A stretch of 27,794 nucleotides of DNA, from the NCBI GenBank assembly GCA_905331295.1, contig CAJNYD010000224.1, positions 186,001 to 213,794 on the forward strand, written 5' to 3'. Within the stretch, counting starts at the first letter, position 1; every line of letters starts with the position of its first letter. The translations under genes were made by a program, and so were the position numbers. A model generated the notes under the pieces. The model was not told the DNA's origin. It made no database searches and saw only the letters and a program-made list of their open reading frames with translations. This DNA comes from Rotaria socialis. Taxonomy: Eukaryota. Of the stretch, positions 23,125-27,794 are shown in pieces.

Positions 23125-23720
23125 CTTTCTTTTGTTTTCTCACTGTTTAATATTAGATAGAATAATCTTTAAAATAAGTTCGTATATATTCAGTTGCTAA
23201 CGTGCCATGAATTCATTTTAATACGTAGAGGCAACAACAACCAACCATACAGAACGCTCGTCTGTGTGCGTTGATAGGATCAGAAATTTGACAGGCTGTG
23301 TAAAATCAGGAATAGTGGAGTATGATGTAAAGAAGAAAGGAAGACAAAGAATTTTTCCTTCGTTCTTTCGCTTTTTTTTTTCTATTAGCTTATACGAAGC
23401 AAAATAGAAGATACTATAGCATCACAATATGTCGACAGAATAAAAAGAATATAAAACGAGAGAAAAGAACGAAAATAAAGCATGGCTGGCTGCCGATTCT
23501 ATGTGTACTAATAAAACAGAAAAATCAGCTCTACAATAATTGCTTATATTTCTATCATTCTCTAGAGAATAAACTCCTTCGCCTATCGATATTAACTGTT
23601 TTCTTTACTGAATAGATAGTTGATTTTGTTTCTACTATTCATGATCAAATTATTTTTCACATTTCACTAATCTATATGTAAAATATTATAACCTTATTAC
23701 ATCTATATTATTCTATTGAT

Positions 23721-24137
23721 ATGGTGCGGTATACAATTATGAAGCGTCTTACGAAAATTCTTGCATCTATTTTTTTTATTATTACCGTTGTCACTATTTA
23801 TCTAGCATTTGATTTTGCAATAACTAATGCTTTGTCAACTAAACAACATTCAACCGATAAATATAAAACGGAATCTCCTTTATCATTAATGAAAATTAAA
23901 AATACTAATGAAACATTAAAACATAATAGTGATAATCAACCTAGTCATAATATTATAAAGCCAGATCGTCCAGTACGTAGTCTTAAAGCTAAACAACGAC
24001 TTGTTAAACCTGCTCAATTTCATAAAAGTAAAACTGGTATTAAAATTCATCAAATAAAAAAGTCTTCTAAGAACCAAAGGAAAAAACTGGTGACAACAAA
24101 GATTGTTCAACACAAAGAAGCAAAATTAGCAAAATGA
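23721..24137 (+). CDS. Hypothetical 138-aa protein: N-terminal signal anchor and Lys-rich basic tail
   Basis: ATG-to-TGA ORF in AT-rich DNA. Basic N-terminus (KRLTK), a hydrophobic stretch ILASIFFIITVVTIYLAFDFAI, then a K/S/Q-rich segment. No family recognised. Confidence 0.55.
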   Translation: MVRYTIMKRLTKILASIFFIITVVTIYLAFDFAITNALSTKQHSTDKYKTESPLSLMKIKNTNETLKHNSDNQPSHNIIKPDRPVRSLKAKQRLVKPAQFHKSKTGIKIHQIKKSSKNQRKKLVTTKIVQHKEAKLAK

Positions 24138-25226
24138 TAGGAATTGTTTTTTATTTTTTATTTATAAAATAGTAAAATTCAAGCATATCAACATAGGTTC
24201 TTTTGTATTTAACTTGATTTTTATAGCTGTTCGTTTTTTTAAATACATCATTGTGCCGTTTTGTTTTGTCAATTTGATCTCAAAAAAGTATTAGCAAAAT
24301 ATCAATACTTTTTCAAGGTTATAAATATAGAATATATCATTATTGATATATTCTATATTTTCTTTGTAAGAAAAAAATTGAAACGAACATATAGGAGGCT
24401 ATAGTTAAGAACCTAATCTTTATTCTCAATGACAAATGCAATAAGTGGGAACTATTTTCCCATCGGAGCTTTTCTACTACTAGATGCAAAAAAAGACCCT
24501 CTTGAAACTGGTGACACTTTTGTTTTAGAAATAATGAGCTAACCATCACCACTAGAATTCGCCAATGAATGATTATTGAACTTTATTTGTTCAATATGCT
24601 ACGAAAATAGTTCATACTTTAAAAAAAATATGATTTACATACTATCAATTGTATGGCATGCAGAGTTAGAATCGAATTTATATTCTTTTTACATAAAAAT
24701 ATACAAGCATCTAACAATGTGGATATTGAATGAATCATTTAATATTCATACCCTTCTTCCTCAATCATAGTCGAAATTTTGATTTTTATCGACGCATATA
24801 ATCAAAATACGATAGAGAAAAAAATTGAAAACGAAACAGTTTTTTTGTATTGGGAGTGTGTGTATGAGTGTAGTTCTTTTCTTTAGTAATAATCATGTCC
24901 TCGCCCTCAATGTAACTCAAAGAAAGAACTGTATTTGAATTCGACTGAAATATGATTTGGTAGATGTCTAGCCGAAAGTTTAGGCATAATTACAATTTGT
25001 TGGAGAAATTTAAAAAAGGTAACTCATCGAACGACAACATTTACTCCATAGTGAGCCCACTTCATAAGGTGATTCTTTTTATTACTATTTCGGTGTAGAG
25101 TTTCGGGTATTTCAGCACGATAAAAAATAACTTTCTTGACGATGAAAGGTAAATACAGCGACTGGTTGATCTCGAAGCCAAAAAAAGCGAATTAATTCCA
25201 TTTCGCTCATTTCTTATATAGAATCG

Positions 25227-27794
25227 ATGGGAGTTATACTAGCACTGATTTTCAGTTTCTTCTTCTCATACGTACAAGGTTTGTTAATCAAATTCTTCCG
25301 ATTTTATTCTTTCATACTATAAGCAATACTTAGGAGTAAGTACAGCAGCACCAAATTACTATTGTAATACTGTCGAATTTACATTGTCTTCTTCGGATCA
25401 TTCCGCATCGAAACCAACATTGAACTGCTCTTTGCAAAAGTGCAATGTCAGTTCAAATGAGAACACCTGTCTTTCTTCAACAACACCTTGCTTTGATTAC
25501 CGTACATTCAATAATATTAGCTATTGTGCACCAGGTATTCTATGTTCAATTTTGGAACCATGCAATAATGTTACCTACAATTGTGCATCAAATACTTCTG
25601 TCTGCGTTATTAATTCGTGTTGTTCACCACAAGCAGTATGTTTACCATCGGCATCGTTAGATTTTTGCAGATCAGGTAAAAACACTTCACTCAGTGGGTG
25701 TTCGTGTATAACTTATGGGACAACCATATTATTTCGATCCTATGAATAAGTCGAGTCTAGTAAATTGTTTTCATGTTATCCAAAACATTTTTAGAGTAAT
25801 TGTGGATGTGTTCATGTGAAGGCATCTGCTCATACGCATACTTCATGCCCTTGCCCATTCTGTATTGAGGTCATACAGATCAACGCAGGTTTATTGCTGC
25901 TATAGTTAGTATCTTGAAGGACAGGAGAAAATTTATGAAGAACTGTTGACGCTGAAAAAAATTGTTGGTAAATTATGGCAGCATCATACGAGGAGCAAGT
26001 AAAATCTTGTAATTGTAATTGAATACCTTAATCTATTTTCGACATATGATGCTTTATTTGAGTTTCAAGAAAATTCCTTTGAATTTTCAGAGTCTTCGAC
26101 TAGCGTAAACTGTTAGACAAAAGAAATGTCTTTTAGGTGATCGTATCGGATCTCGTGTCAGTCCTCCGCTGGTGGCAATACACACCACAAAGATTTTTGC
26201 TTAGAGATGTCTTGATTAGTCAAAGTCCAGAAAAAATAATGTTCTTCGCACGATTAAAAGCTTTATTTACATATGATGTCTTTGAAGTTTTCGTTGGGGC
26301 CAATTGAATCAAGTACAACCTCAAATTACTGGAGCAATAATACTTTTAGAAACTCTAAAATAAATGAATGATGATAGTTTCTTCTACTTAAAAGTGATGT
26401 TGCCATATAATATATGGTCGACTATGTCTTTGTGTTATCCTTGATAAATTTAATTATTTGTTAGAATAGCTTTCAGATAATGTTCTATATTGAAGACAAT
26501 ATAAAAAGTAGATTTGTTAAAGTCAGTTAGTATAAACTCGAAATCTCAACGATTTCGAATATTGTGACACGACATTACCGAGCGCGATACTTCCGCGCAA
26601 CAACGATCGTGGGAGCAAAAGTTGAGGGTGAACTCGAAAGTAAGGGTGAGAACGACAGCAAAAGTGAGGATACGAGTGAGAGTTAGAATGATGACTTTGC
26701 GAGCAAATATTATGCATGAATCTGTATTGCGCGGTAATGTCGTGGAACCAACCTGCATCATATCATATAAAAATGAATTTTTTGTAGGATGGTTCAACAC
26801 TGGCAAGATGAATGATCCACGCTTCTATCATACACTATCCGTACTTCTAAATGGAAAAATACTGGCTAGTGGTGGTTTACAAAGCGATTATTCTTTTTCA
26901 ATGACCACCGAGTTGTATGATTCATCGATAGGAACTTGGTCAAACACTGGTAGTATGAATTTTCTCCGATATTATCATACAGCCTCCGTCTTAGCAAATG
27001 GAAAAGTCTTAGTTGCTGGTGGGTATCATAATATATATTTAAACAGTAGCGAGCTATATGATCCATCAACAGGAACTTGGACATACACTGGTAGTATGAA
27101 TTTTGGACGGCATGGCCACACAGCATCGGTTTTAACAAATGGACAGGTGTTAGTTACTGGTGGAGTGGGTAGTACAATTCTAAACAGTAGCGAGCTATAT
27201 TATCCATCAACAGGAACATGGACGTACACTGGTAGTATGAATTTTGAACGATATTACCATACAGCATCTGTATTAACAAATGGAAAAGTCTTAGTTACTG
27301 GTGGAGCTGGTGGTGGTTATCGAAGTAGCACAGAGTTGTATGATCCATCAACAGGAATTTGGACAAACACTGGTAACATGAATTTCGCACGATATTATCA
27401 CACAGCATCTATCTTAGCAGATGGCAAAGTTTTAATTGCTGGCGGTATAGGTACTGCTGCTTATTCTCTGAATAGCGCTGAGTTGTATGATCCATCGACA
27501 GGAATTTGGACAAACACTGGTAGTATGAATTATGCCCGGCAATTACACACAGCATCCATTCTAGCCAATGGCAAAGTTTTAATTGCCGGTGGAATAGGTA
27601 CTAACGGCTATTCTCTGAATAGTACCGAGTTGTATGATCCATCGACAGGCACTTGGACAATCAGTGACAGTATGAATAACTTACGGCATCTACACGCAGC
27701 ATCAATATTAACGAATGGAAAAGTTTTAGTTACTGGAGGATCGGGCAGTACATATCTAAATAGTAGCGAGCTATATGATCCCACAACAGGAACT
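25227..27794 (+). CDS. Secreted protein: signal peptide, 14-Cys domain and at least 7 Kelch repeats; 3' end beyond window
   Basis: Exons 25227-25278 (MGVILALIFSFFFSYVQ), 25334-25675 (Cys-rich) and 26788 to window end, joined by phase-1 GT-AG introns. The last exon is open throughout, with repeats W-x-x-TGSMN-x-x-R-x-x-HTAS(V/I)L-x-NGKVL(V/I)xGG...ELYDPSTG. It is absent from the ORF track because no stop falls in the window. The splice linking the Cys exon to the Kelch exon is inferred. Confidence 0.85.
26563..26749. mobile_element. MITE in the Kelch-gene intron with a degenerate TGAGGG-like core
   Basis: CACGACATTACCG (26568-26580) is the exact reverse complement of CGGTAATGTCGTG (26732-26744), with pairing continuing inward (CGCGATAC/GTATTGCG). 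Interior contains GTTGAGGGTGAA, GTAAGGGTGAGA, GTGAGGA, GTGAGAGTTAG. Confidence 0.7.

Noticed and set aside
26523..27138. Minus-strand ORFs of 64-90 aa
   Set aside because: Shadows of the MITE hexamer core and of the plus-strand Kelch exon.

Overview
AT-rich eukaryotic (metazoan) genomic DNA with many 45-70 nt GT-AG introns. Intron size, composition and the intronless NHL and bacterial-style Kelch repeats suggest a bdelloid rotifer (inference, not proven). Genes reconstructed by hand: a GLUT/SLC2A-like transporter (+, 1127-3909; last exons not visible, followed by repeats and a 476-N gap), an NHL-repeat pseudogene (+), a complete 15-exon Nanchung/OCR-type TRPV channel (-), a CCSER-like Ser/Thr-rich coiled-coil protein (-), an IRAK1BP1/SIMPL gene (-), a small Lys-rich membrane-anchored ORF (+), and a secreted Cys-rich plus Kelch-repeat gene running off the right end (+). 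Region 4-10.4 kb is a nest of non-autonomous DNA elements: a Helentron/HINE-like element, two CACTG-ended elements and several MITEs. The most unusual signals are a ~31-unit array with near-constant 51-bp period, conserved CGAAAC/GTTTCG/CGGAAC motifs and divergent spacers (8150-9705); a tRNA-like cassette inside long inverted repeats (529-771); altered substrate-site residues in the GLUT; an atypical TRPV pore loop; and a chimeric Cys-rich/Kelch gene. No CRISPR array, rRNA or transposase ORF is visible.
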